A DNA stretch of 64,000 bases from IMG/VR virus record IMGVR_UViG_3300042566_001492; one strand, written 5' to 3'. This stretch comes from an uncultured virus (IMG/VR IMGVR_UViG_3300042566_001492) (taxonomy: Duplodnaviria > Heunggongvirae > Uroviricota > Caudoviricetes). Made by a program: the position numbers and the translations under genes. The notes below the pieces were generated by a model. It was not told where the DNA came from and did no database searches. It saw only the letters and a list, made by a program, of their open reading frames with translations. This document shows, piece by piece, positions 38,939 through 48,714 of the stretch. The number at the start of each line of letters is the position of its first letter. Within the stretch, counting starts at the first letter, position 1.

Positions 38939-41900
38939 ATGGCTACTTATAAATCACCGACGGATGATACAATAATAACTTCCTTACCAAAAGAATTTTC
39001 ACTCTCAAAGGGAAAGACTGCTACAATAAATAGAGAAATTCAAAGTGAGAGTCCTTACCAGGTAAGAGTTTTTGGTGTATATGATACAAGTAAAGCTCCA
39101 CAGGGAGGTGGTGGTGATGCCTTACACTCATTTCAATCAAGAGCTAAGGATGATTTTGGTGGAAGAATGAATGATGCCATCATCTGGACTATGATCGAGA
39201 TGTATGAGAAGAAACTTAATCCATTTGTAAAGTCGCTCAGTGTAAAATTCACACCAAGTGCGTCCTCTGGTCCCAAAGTAGAATGGGAAGCAATATTGAT
39301 TGAGAGTCCAGACGGCAAAGCTTATATGGGATTCAATTCGAGAGGAGGAGCTGGTGGTACTTATGTGAATAGAGCAGCGACTCAAACTGCTGATAAAAAG
39401 AAAAAACTACGTACAGAATTAGGTGAGCCTAATCTTGAGAATCTAGATGTTTTAGACTATCTAAATACTAAAGGAGCAATCAGACAATTATTCTGGCAGT
39501 ATACTAAACCAAAAGCCTATCCGTCTCATCCAAAATCTGGAACAGCTGGTCAAACAACGACTGCTACATCAGGTGGTAATGTTTCAGTATCTGGTTCATC
39601 CGGCGTCTCAGGATCGGCTGGATCAAGTGGATCGAGCGGATCTTCGGGAAATTCAGGGTCTGGTAAAAATGTTCCAAAAATAACACTTAAAAAGAAATCA
39701 GGTCCAGGTGAAATTATTGGTCTCACAGAAAAAGAAGTTTACTTCAATGAATCTCTTTTTAGAGGTTTACAATTTGATCAACCAGGTGAGTATGTTATTT
39801 CGGTAATACCGTCAGCTCCGGATGTGGATCCAACTGAATGGAAAGTTACTGTGAAAGAGGATCCAAACGCACCACAGGAACCTAAGGCAACTGAAGAAGA
39901 AAAAATAGAAGGTTCTAGACCAATAATAACACAAGTAGATAAACCTGCTTATAAACTTGAACCAATAGAGTTTGATATTTCACCAGACCAAAAAGAAAAT
40001 ATAGAAATTGCAGCAAGTGTTGGTTATACTCCATTCTTTTGGTACTTAGGATATCAAATACCACCATCTGCGATAAGTAATCTTAACCTTTACCACACTG
40101 GAATTATACCTCAAGTAGTTATAGTATTTAGAGATACTATTGGGTTTCTTAAAAAGGAGGCTATGCCACTTGATAATACAACATTTGAGGTCTTTTTAAA
40201 TTCTGGATCAGATAATCTTAAATCAATACATCTTAAATTTAAGTTGGTAAAATTTCAAGAGAATAAAGGAGGAAGTTACACTATTACCGGCACTTTAGAT
40301 TTAAAAGATTTTTATAAACCAAATTATAAGTCATACACAGGCACTTCACTACAAGTACTTAGAGATATTGCAAAAGAAAATGAGTTAGGATTTAATACAA
40401 ATATTGAAAGCACTGACGACTCAATGAAGTGGACCAATACTGGTAAATTAACAGGAGATTTCATAAATGAAATTATTAAACATTCATACATTTCAGACTC
40501 TTCTTTTGTTGGAGCGTACATAGACTTTTACTACTGTCTTAACTATGTTGACTTAGAAAAAGAGTGGACAAGGGATATATCAAAAGATATTTGTATACTA
40601 AGTACTGGTGTATCTTCTGACGCATTAGGAGCCAAAACTCCAGATGAAGGTAAGACCGCTCCGTTTATATTGACTAATGATAAGTCACAGAATTCTACTC
40701 CACTGTTTATACAAAAACATCAAATGAATAATGACTCTACATCTAAATCTCTTAATGAAGGTCAATTTAAGATTTCTAAATTTTATGACACATCAAGTAA
40801 GTCATTTTTGATTTTTAACGTTGACTCATTGACATCAGAGAGTGACGATAAAATAATTCTTAAAGGAGCGCCTACTGATAAGTCTGAATTAGAAACTAAC
40901 TTCCGAACAATCTTCTCTGGTAGAGTTGATATGGAAAATGTACATAAAAACTATTTATACGCTGAGACACAAAATAAGACAAACTTTGCAAACTTAAGTA
41001 GAATTTCAATGAGCCTTGAACTTCCAAATGCTAATTTTACAATGTACAAATTTCAGAAACTACAAATTAGATTCATCGCACCAGCTGAAACAATCTCACA
41101 ACCAGATACACAGGTAGAAAGAATATCCGGAGAATACATGGTAGTGGATATTGATTATTCTTGGTCTGGTGGTAGATTGTCTCAGAAAGTTTTGGCAGTT
41201 CGTAAAGAATTGAACAAAACAACTCAAGAAAAAGAAAATCAAACTACAGATAAAAAACCCGAAGAATCTGGACAAAATGAGAATCCAGTGACAGAACAAC
41301 CAGGTGGTGTTCCGAATAAAGTTTATGCAGTAGGTGAGTTTTATAGAGCGGTGGATAAGAGTGGTAGAGAATTTTCTATAGAAATTAAAGAACTTTCTGA
41401 TAATGGTATAGAAGTCACTGCGGATGTGATAGAAATTCCTAAACCACCACCAGAGCCACCAAAGCCAGCACAAACTACACCTTCAAGTCAGACAAGTGTT
41501 GATGCTGCTAATGGCGCCACAAATACTGGTGATGCTGGAAGTACAACTACAAATTCTGCCAATACTGGTGATTTAACTACTACTGAAAATAAACTGTATG
41601 ATTTCATTAGGGCGAAAAAAGATAAAGGTCACTCTTATCTTGGATACAAAGTATATGATGTTCAACCATCCGATATTAAAAAACTTGGAACAATCTGTAA
41701 GAAATATGGTATTCCTTTAGAATGGGCGGCTAACCTCATAAATCATGAATCAGCAGCAACTTGGAACCCAGCAATTCAAAATGGAATCGGAGCAACTGGT
41801 CTCATTCAGTTTTTAAAGTCGACTGCGAAAAATTACAATACAACGACTTCTCAGTTAGCAAAAATGACATTCAGTGAACAACTTGACTATGTCGATGAGT

Positions 41901-42199
41901 ACTTAAATAGAGGAACAAAAAAGTATAGAAAAGATGGCAAAATTAAAAGCACATTTACACAAACCGACTTATTTATGACTATATTCTATCCAGTTGCAAT
42001 TGGGAAAAGTACTACAGGATATAAATTTCCGGCAAATGTTCCTGAAAATAATCCAGGTGTTTATAAACCAAACGACTACACCGACAAAGCATGTGCTTCT
42101 GGAAAAGCTCCTTTTCCGCCATCAGTTGTACCACATGATTTGACGGCTTATGTTAAAAAGTTTGGTAATAATGATATCGAAAATACAAATGTAGCATAA
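38939..42199 (+). CDS. Baseplate hub-like protein with C-terminal lytic transglycosylase (SLT) domain
   Basis: Central region resembling gp27/tail protein D (ISGEYMVVDIDY); C-terminal LINHES...NPAIQNGIGATGLIQF...EQLDYVDEY. Confidence 0.65.
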   Translation: MATYKSPTDDTIITSLPKEFSLSKGKTATINREIQSESPYQVRVFGVYDTSKAPQGGGGDALHSFQSRAKDDFGGRMNDAIIWTMIEMYEKKLNPFVKSLSVKFTPSASSGPKVEWEAILIESPDGKAYMGFNSRGGAGGTYVNRAATQTADKKKKLRTELGEPNLENLDVLDYLNTKGAIRQLFWQYTKPKAYPSHPKSGTAGQTTTATSGGNVSVSGSSGVSGSAGSSGSSGSSGNSGSGKNVPKITLKKKSGPGEIIGLTEKEVYFNESLFRGLQFDQPGEYVISVIPSAPDVDPTEWKVTVKEDPNAPQEPKATEEEKIEGSRPIITQVDKPAYKLEPIEFDISPDQKENIEIAASVGYTPFFWYLGYQIPPSAISNLNLYHTGIIPQVVIVFRDTIGFLKKEAMPLDNTTFEVFLNSGSDNLKSIHLKFKLVKFQENKGGSYTITGTLDLKDFYKPNYKSYTGTSLQVLRDIAKENELGFNTNIESTDDSMKWTNTGKLTGDFINEIIKHSYISDSSFVGAYIDFYYCLNYVDLEKEWTRDISKDICILSTGVSSDALGAKTPDEGKTAPFILTNDKSQNSTPLFIQKHQMNNDSTSKSLNEGQFKISKFYDTSSKSFLIFNVDSLTSESDDKIILKGAPTDKSELETNFRTIFSGRVDMENVHKNYLYAETQNKTNFANLSRISMSLELPNANFTMYKFQKLQIRFIAPAETISQPDTQVERISGEYMVVDIDYSWSGGRLSQKVLAVRKELNKTTQEKENQTTDKKPEESGQNENPVTEQPGGVPNKVYAVGEFYRAVDKSGREFSIEIKELSDNGIEVTADVIEIPKPPPEPPKPAQTTPSSQTSVDAANGATNTGDAGSTTTNSANTGDLTTTENKLYDFIRAKKDKGHSYLGYKVYDVQPSDIKKLGTICKKYGIPLEWAANLINHESAATWNPAIQNGIGATGLIQFLKSTAKNYNTTTSQLAKMTFSEQLDYVDEYLNRGTKKYRKDGKIKSTFTQTDLFMTIFYPVAIGKSTTGYKFPANVPENNPGVYKPNDYTDKACASGKAPFPPSVVPHDLTAYVKKFGNNDIENTNVA

Positions 42200-44031
42200 T
42201 GGCAAATTTTAGTTTTTACATACAAATTGAAAATAAGAATCCCTTTCAGGTAACTGCTAGAGAATACTACTATATTTATGCTTCACAAACCGACTCACCA
42301 GCGTTGGGTATAACAGAAGAGTATGATTTAATCGAAGGATTAGCTTTCGAGTTAGAGAACTACTATAATGGAGAAATTGCAACATATTCTGGAATTTATC
42401 CAAGTTATAGAGGACCAGGAGGTGGTGGTCTCTCAGGAGAAGACTTTAAGAAAAATGTTGCTGACTTTGCCTGGTACAATCCACAACCTTATTTATATAC
42501 CATAAATATGAACTTTGATTTAGATAAAATAAATCAAGTTACTGGTAGTGTTGATAAAATAGCGACAGATGTAAAAAAGATAATAGAGTTTGCGTTTACA
42601 AATGCAACAGCATCTCAATCTAAAATTTATTTAGATCCTGTTTTTTCTTACTATACTGGTAAAAGATCAGCTATAACACAAACCACATCTAATGGTCAAA
42701 AAAATACAAGGTATACACCTTATGGATATACGTTTAGTTTTCCATATAATATTAAATATTCTAAGACTCGTGAGACAAATGAGAATGGAACTTACAATAT
42801 AAAGTATGAAATAGATGATATTGTAACTATAGATGAGTTTAAGAGCCAATATCCAGAACTTTATCAACAATCATATCAATTACATGCCGTAAATACACAG
42901 ACCACGACTGAACAAACCAACACTGGTCAGACACCATCTACTGGATTAACACCATCCGGATTAACACCATCGGGTATTACGCCATCAACCGTGACTTTAG
43001 GTCTATCTGGTGGAAGTTACTCAGTAGGTTTATCTGGATCAACACCAAGTGTACCACCTGAACCACCTATTAAAGGAACATTTGTTTTTAATGTAGAAAA
43101 ACCAGGAATTTTATCACACACTGGACTCGGAGAATTAACTATCACCGAAAAAGAATTAGGAGCTGAAGACATATTTATTTTTAGTGATGATATAAGTATC
43201 GAGCAACAAGAATTAGATGATGAGTATAGTGAGGGAGCATTCACTGGAGCAGAAGAAGATATTGCTTTTGATATCGCTGAGGGACAAAGACTATCACAAG
43301 GACAAGAATTACTTACAGATCTAAACACAGATGATCCAAATGTAGCCAATTCAACACAGGGTGATAATGGAGACCCGAATCAAACCAATGAAAGTACAGT
43401 TAACACTGTAGCAAGAGGTAAAATTAAAAAAATGCTAGAGGTCGCAAAGGGTGAAATAGGATACAAAGAAAAATACAACGCTAAACTTACTCCAGCTCCT
43501 AAAAAAGACACTAAATTTGGTGTTTATTGGGGTATGAACGGACATCACTATTGTGGTATGTTTGTTTGTTGGTGTGCTGAACATGCTGGTATGAAAGTAA
43601 CAACAAGAGGAACAAATATACTCAATGGTAAAGAAAAAGATGGAAATATGCCTAATAGTATAGCTTGTCCAAGTGGAGTTAAAATATTCAAAGGAAAAGA
43701 CTGTTGGGTATCTAATGGTAATAACAAAGCAGAGAGACAAAATAGTACTGTAAAACCAGAACCAGGAGATGTAGTATTTTTCTCTTGGGATTACAATCAA
43801 AACGCAGATCACGTTGGAATTGTTGTAGAAGATATGGGTAATGGTACTGTAAAATGTTATGAGGGTAATACATCACCTGGTAAAGAAGGAGCAAATCAAA
43901 CAGGATCTGGTGTATGGGAAAGAATAAGAAATAAAGCTGTAATTTTAGGATATGGAAAAACTGCTCTTTATGATTCAACAAATTTAGAAGAGTTTACTTC
44001 AAAAGCTGGTAAAGCCGGAAGATCTGCGTAA
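42199..44031 (+). CDS. Virion protein with C-terminal CHAP amidase/peptidase domain
   Basis: AKGEIGYKE...YCGMFVCW...PEPGDVVFF...DHVGIV...EGNT. Confidence 0.8.
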   Translation: MANFSFYIQIENKNPFQVTAREYYYIYASQTDSPALGITEEYDLIEGLAFELENYYNGEIATYSGIYPSYRGPGGGGLSGEDFKKNVADFAWYNPQPYLYTINMNFDLDKINQVTGSVDKIATDVKKIIEFAFTNATASQSKIYLDPVFSYYTGKRSAITQTTSNGQKNTRYTPYGYTFSFPYNIKYSKTRETNENGTYNIKYEIDDIVTIDEFKSQYPELYQQSYQLHAVNTQTTTEQTNTGQTPSTGLTPSGLTPSGITPSTVTLGLSGGSYSVGLSGSTPSVPPEPPIKGTFVFNVEKPGILSHTGLGELTITEKELGAEDIFIFSDDISIEQQELDDEYSEGAFTGAEEDIAFDIAEGQRLSQGQELLTDLNTDDPNVANSTQGDNGDPNQTNESTVNTVARGKIKKMLEVAKGEIGYKEKYNAKLTPAPKKDTKFGVYWGMNGHHYCGMFVCWCAEHAGMKVTTRGTNILNGKEKDGNMPNSIACPSGVKIFKGKDCWVSNGNNKAERQNSTVKPEPGDVVFFSWDYNQNADHVGIVVEDMGNGTVKCYEGNTSPGKEGANQTGSGVWERIRNKAVILGYGKTALYDSTNLEEFTSKAGKAGRSA

Positions 44032-44058
44032 AAATTCAATAGAAATGGTATCTTAATT

Positions 44059-44066
44059 AATATATA
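44059..44066 (+). promoter_or_regulatory. Putative late promoter AATATATA, 4 nt before ATG 44071
   Basis: Recurrent upstream motif. Confidence 0.6.
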
Positions 44067-44070
44067 AGAT

Positions 44071-46365
44071 ATGTCTGAGAATTCAATATACGGAACACCA
44101 AATCCATTACAAGCGATAATTAATCAATTAGGTGAAAATCAAATTGAAGCTATACAAGATGCACAAGCTGCGCAAACAGGTGAAAATTTATCAAACACAA
44201 TTGCTTATCAAAAACAACAAATAGAGAAAGCAAAATTTACAAAAGATCAGATTACATCAATGTTTGCAAATCCCTCAAATTCTTGGCCACATGCGGTGGG
44301 AGCTAGAACTAACACACAAGGTTATCAAGAATTTATTGTAGGTGATGGTTTTTTACCACCAATATTGATATCTCCAACTATAAAGTCATTTGAGGAAGGT
44401 GCTCCAAAACCACCAGCTCAATATGAATATAAAGACTGGAGAGGTGCTTTGTTAGTCGATACACCAAATAAACTATCAGTAGAACAAAGATTTAATTTAA
44501 GTAAAGATATACCAAAGAAGAAAGAAGATTTACCAAAAAGTCCTTATTCAATGAGAGATATTCCTGTTATATTTTCAGATTACAGACAGGATTACTTTAA
44601 GCATGGATTACAAATTATTGATAATTTAGGAAAACCGGTAACGGGTATTGACGGTGCTCCCGATGCTTTACTATCAGAATATAAAGGAACCCCATTTGAA
44701 AATAATGATCCTGTAATGTTTGGATTTGATATTATAATTGATGCTGTGAGTTCTCCTTTATTAAATGGTTCTGTAATAGATTTTATCAATCAGTATAGTT
44801 CAATAAATGAGATAGCAGCAAGAAAAATAGTATATGAAGATTTTAAGAATCAATTTGTGAAATTCTTTCGAACAAAAGGTACTGTTAGAATCGATAATAA
44901 TGTTTTACTAGCCGGGGGTATCTCAAGAACAACTACAAATCCAGCAAATCTTGATGCAAATCAGTCTATATTCTGGCCAGGTAAAAAAGCATACATGGGT
45001 TATTATCTTAAAAAAATATCCGGTTTAGATCTTTTATCAGAAGCAAATAAAGGAGATACCTTTAAGTATTTACCCGAATATAGAAAAGATATGATAACTT
45101 TGGATTTTTTTGAGGATGTTTCTTTAAGTTTAGGAACTTTATCACACTTATATAAACTATTATATTGGTCCAAACCAAATGGAAAAGTCATGATACCTGA
45201 AAATCTTTTAAGATTTAACTGTGATATAGTTATTTCAGAGTGTAGAAGTTTTTTAAGAACTAGAAAAGATGTCTCATCTGGTAACTTAGAATTAGTAAAG
45301 GATAACCTTTCACGACATGTATTTCAATTAAGAGATTGTCAATTCTGGTTTGATAAATCAGTTGTTCCAAATGATGTTGATTTAGGTGGTCAGGGTCCTC
45401 AAGTATACGACACACACAATATTTCCTTTGACTTTAAATATGTAGCTGAAAGATTTGAGAAGTTTGTACCAATGGGTAATTTCGGAACATATATAGGATA
45501 TAACGGAGGTGCAATTTGGAAAGTTGGAAACGCCGGTGAGAGAGAAAATAGAAATTTAGAATCAGGTGGTTCTACAACAGATTCGTCAACTCCGAAATTT
45601 TTAACAATTGGTAAAAATCCATTTAGTGAGAATGGTGTAGCTGAAACGAATACACCATTTATAATTAAGATTATAGGTAATGGTCCTATACAAGCAGATG
45701 GTGAGGAAAATGTAGGAGAAACGCCAAATTCAGAAGCCACAGTTGAGGACTTAAAGTCAGCATCAGAAGCTGCTGGTAAATTAACAACAGAAGCAAACAA
45801 AGCAGCTGAAGCATCAGGCTTACCATCTACAAACGTTGGTGGTAATAATCTTCAGAAGATAAGCTCTGAAAATTCATCGAACTTCATCAAATCAATACCA
45901 AACATACCAGGCGCATCAGGAATTAAAAAGGCTCTTACAGAAAATACACTTGGTAAAATACAGACTACTGTAAATCAAGGCGTTAGTAATTTAATGGCAA
46001 ACATAAGAACTGGTAATATTGAAGGAGCTAAGAATGCACTTAGTGTTGGTGCTGGAGGATTGAAAAATTCTTTAGGTAATGCTGCCATAAATGCAGCCAA
46101 AGATTTGATACCAGGTGGTGGAGTTGGAGATTTAAAAAGTTTAATATCCACAAATGCCATAAATTTCACAAAGGATCAAAAAAAGAATGCTGGAGTAGCT
46201 GATACAAGACAAAATATATTGAATAAAACACTTGACAAAGTTTTTAATACAAAAAATATAAGCATTCCTACAAATACAAACGGGGGTCTACCTAGTTCAA
46301 ATGTCACTGATATTAAAGGTCAGTTAATAAATTTTGCAGGTCCTTTAGGTGGAATGCTAGGATAA
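44071..46365 (+). CDS. Baseplate/tail structural protein
   Basis: 764 aa in baseplate cluster; IPENLLRFNCDIVISE and ISFDFKY suggest a tail-tube-like fold; low-complexity C-terminus. Confidence 0.45.
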   Translation: MSENSIYGTPNPLQAIINQLGENQIEAIQDAQAAQTGENLSNTIAYQKQQIEKAKFTKDQITSMFANPSNSWPHAVGARTNTQGYQEFIVGDGFLPPILISPTIKSFEEGAPKPPAQYEYKDWRGALLVDTPNKLSVEQRFNLSKDIPKKKEDLPKSPYSMRDIPVIFSDYRQDYFKHGLQIIDNLGKPVTGIDGAPDALLSEYKGTPFENNDPVMFGFDIIIDAVSSPLLNGSVIDFINQYSSINEIAARKIVYEDFKNQFVKFFRTKGTVRIDNNVLLAGGISRTTTNPANLDANQSIFWPGKKAYMGYYLKKISGLDLLSEANKGDTFKYLPEYRKDMITLDFFEDVSLSLGTLSHLYKLLYWSKPNGKVMIPENLLRFNCDIVISECRSFLRTRKDVSSGNLELVKDNLSRHVFQLRDCQFWFDKSVVPNDVDLGGQGPQVYDTHNISFDFKYVAERFEKFVPMGNFGTYIGYNGGAIWKVGNAGERENRNLESGGSTTDSSTPKFLTIGKNPFSENGVAETNTPFIIKIIGNGPIQADGEENVGETPNSEATVEDLKSASEAAGKLTTEANKAAEASGLPSTNVGGNNLQKISSENSSNFIKSIPNIPGASGIKKALTENTLGKIQTTVNQGVSNLMANIRTGNIEGAKNALSVGAGGLKNSLGNAAINAAKDLIPGGGVGDLKSLISTNAINFTKDQKKNAGVADTRQNILNKTLDKVFNTKNISIPTNTNGGLPSSNVTDIKGQLINFAGPLGGMLG

Positions 46366-46369
46366 TTTT

Positions 46370-48403
46370 ATGAAAAGAAAAAAAGTAGAAGCCGGTAAAA
46401 CATATGTCGGTGTAGTAGAAGACAACCAAGATCCAAAACGAGAAGGTCGAGTTAAAGTAAGGGTAGTTGATGTATTTGAGAATGTTCCGGTTGAGGATAT
46501 TCCTTGGGCAACTCCGTGGAAAGATTTATCAGGTAGTCAATTTGCATTACCAGAAAAGGGTAAAGTTGTTGTTGTTGTTTTTGAGCAAGCGGATGAATAT
46601 AAACCGGAATACATTTTTACAGATCACTTTAATGTTAACTTAGAAAATAAATTAAAAGGTCTAAGTGACTCAGATTATCTTTCAATGAAGTCTTTGATAT
46701 TTGACCATAAAACTCAAATATTCTCAAATGATACCGAAGGACTTAAACTTGACCATAAATTTAATAATATTAATATTAAAGAAAACTCAATTAATCTTAA
46801 TCTAAAAGATAATAACATGAGTGTAAATATTGGAGATTCAGCGTCAAATCAACAAGTTATATTAGGTACTAACTTTTTTAAGTGGTTTGACGAATTCGTT
46901 GATCAATTAATGACACAACCATACTTAGGTGTAATACCTAATCCAACATTTATTAAAACATTATTAAGATATAAAGCGGAAAAAAGTAGTAAGTTTTTAT
47001 CACACCACGTAAATGTAGTGGATAATAACCAAGTATCCACAGTAAAGTCAGAAACTAGACAATCTGAATCTCAAGTTGGTGATACTTGGAATTCAACTAA
47101 AGAAGAAAATACAATCACCACAACTACTGGTGAAGACTACAGTCCAACAGAAGGTGAAAAGAAACCATATGATGATACTTATAAAGCACCACCAGCTGAA
47201 GCTGGTTTAACTACCGATGTAAAACCAGAGCCAACTGTGGATAAATTACCAGATCCAACAACAACACAATCTAATAAAGATATAGACCGTATTGTGAAAT
47301 TTTTACAGAAGAAACAATATAAAATTTTTGAGGAGAACTGGATTCTAAATATTGTGGCTTTTAGATCAACGGATTCTCAAGTTTCAAATGTATTCGATGA
47401 TGAACTTCATGTTTTTTATAAGAATGGAAGTGGTAACTGGGAAATTAACAAATATCAAATTACTACAGTTCCGGGACTAGTACCAAAAACTGAATATCTA
47501 CCAAATAATGTTGCTGTTTTGAGACTTGGTCAATATGTCGATCAACTAAAAATGGGACTCCATCAAAACGATCCTAATCACAAATCTTTGATATTTGATA
47601 ACTGTGCAATACATAAAAATAATAATACTAAAAAGTTTGACTTTACTTCACCATCGGAAATTGGACCTTTTCCAATTTCAATTCATAGAACATCCGAAGT
47701 ATCATCAGCTGAATATGTATTTAATTATTCCGAGGGTGACCAAGTATTTAAATTTACGAATCAATTTGATCAATTTATGACAATATGTCAAAAACAAATA
47801 GATGAGGGTAAAAGAGATAGGTTCAGTTATACACTATGTTCTAAAAGAGAATTTGACGAAACTATTGTAATATCACAGGACGAGGTAAAGGTTAATCAAT
47901 TTGAAAAATATTTACCCAAACCAAAACAACAAAAAACTGTTGAAGAAAAAGTTGAGAAACTAAAGGAAACTAAAGGAACTGATAAATCTAATGATGATAA
48001 AGATAAAATCACTAAGGAGAAGGAATCTTATAAACTTTATAAACAAATTGTTTTAGGAATACAGAAGATATACCGACTAAAAGATAACTATGATAACGGT
48101 AGACCAGCCTTTAGTGATTTCAAAGGAACTTTCAATGATGATGAGGATGGCGCGATCAAAAGACTCAGAGAGATATTAGGTTTGGTCACTACAAACAAAG
48201 ATAAAACTTGGTATGGTAAGTTATCAATCTCTAAACTAACAGGAGGTCACAAAACTTTATTTATTTCGGAATTTAAGGATTTAGTAACAGCTACTAAAAA
48301 TGGAGATAATACAATCAACTTTTTATTACCATCTAGATACGATTGGGGTGAAGGATTAGATGTCAGTGGTAGTGATTATGTAAAGATTACTCCGGATTTT
48401 TAA
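46370..48403 (+). CDS. gp5/VgrG-like baseplate spike protein with a degenerate L,D-transpeptidase-fold domain
   Basis: N-terminal OB-fold signature YVGVVEDNQDPKREGRVKVRV...DIPWA.P...LPEKG..V.V.F; second half homologous to 19577..20173. Confidence 0.8.
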   Translation: MKRKKVEAGKTYVGVVEDNQDPKREGRVKVRVVDVFENVPVEDIPWATPWKDLSGSQFALPEKGKVVVVVFEQADEYKPEYIFTDHFNVNLENKLKGLSDSDYLSMKSLIFDHKTQIFSNDTEGLKLDHKFNNINIKENSINLNLKDNNMSVNIGDSASNQQVILGTNFFKWFDEFVDQLMTQPYLGVIPNPTFIKTLLRYKAEKSSKFLSHHVNVVDNNQVSTVKSETRQSESQVGDTWNSTKEENTITTTTGEDYSPTEGEKKPYDDTYKAPPAEAGLTTDVKPEPTVDKLPDPTTTQSNKDIDRIVKFLQKKQYKIFEENWILNIVAFRSTDSQVSNVFDDELHVFYKNGSGNWEINKYQITTVPGLVPKTEYLPNNVAVLRLGQYVDQLKMGLHQNDPNHKSLIFDNCAIHKNNNTKKFDFTSPSEIGPFPISIHRTSEVSSAEYVFNYSEGDQVFKFTNQFDQFMTICQKQIDEGKRDRFSYTLCSKREFDETIVISQDEVKVNQFEKYLPKPKQQKTVEEKVEKLKETKGTDKSNDDKDKITKEKESYKLYKQIVLGIQKIYRLKDNYDNGRPAFSDFKGTFNDDEDGAIKRLREILGLVTTNKDKTWYGKLSISKLTGGHKTLFISEFKDLVTATKNGDNTINFLLPSRYDWGEGLDVSGSDYVKITPDF

Positions 48404-48452
48404 TTTTTTTATTTTTTAAGTTTAATATATACAATAAATAAAAGTAATAGAA

Positions 48453-48713
48453 ATGGAATATCCTAAATACTTAGTAAATATATCTTATTATCCATCAAGA
48501 CCAGCTGGTCAACAAATAGTTTACCTTAACGGAATTACACAATCAATGCATACATATGATGCTGGTTACTATTTAGCTTCCATGCCTGAATTAAAGATTG
48601 CCGCTTCTGGTTCTAATTATACAACAGCACTTAATAACTTATTAGCTGTGGCGACTGCTTCTTCAACTATTGATGGTGGTAACGGACCTTTTAATTCAAT
48701 TAGAAACTGGTAA
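48453..48713 (+). CDS. Small hypothetical protein
   Basis: 86 aa ORF with its own AATATATA element. Confidence 0.6.
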   Translation: MEYPKYLVNISYYPSRPAGQQIVYLNGITQSMHTYDAGYYLASMPELKIAASGSNYTTALNNLLAVATASSTIDGGNGPFNSIRNW

Positions 48714-48714
48714 T

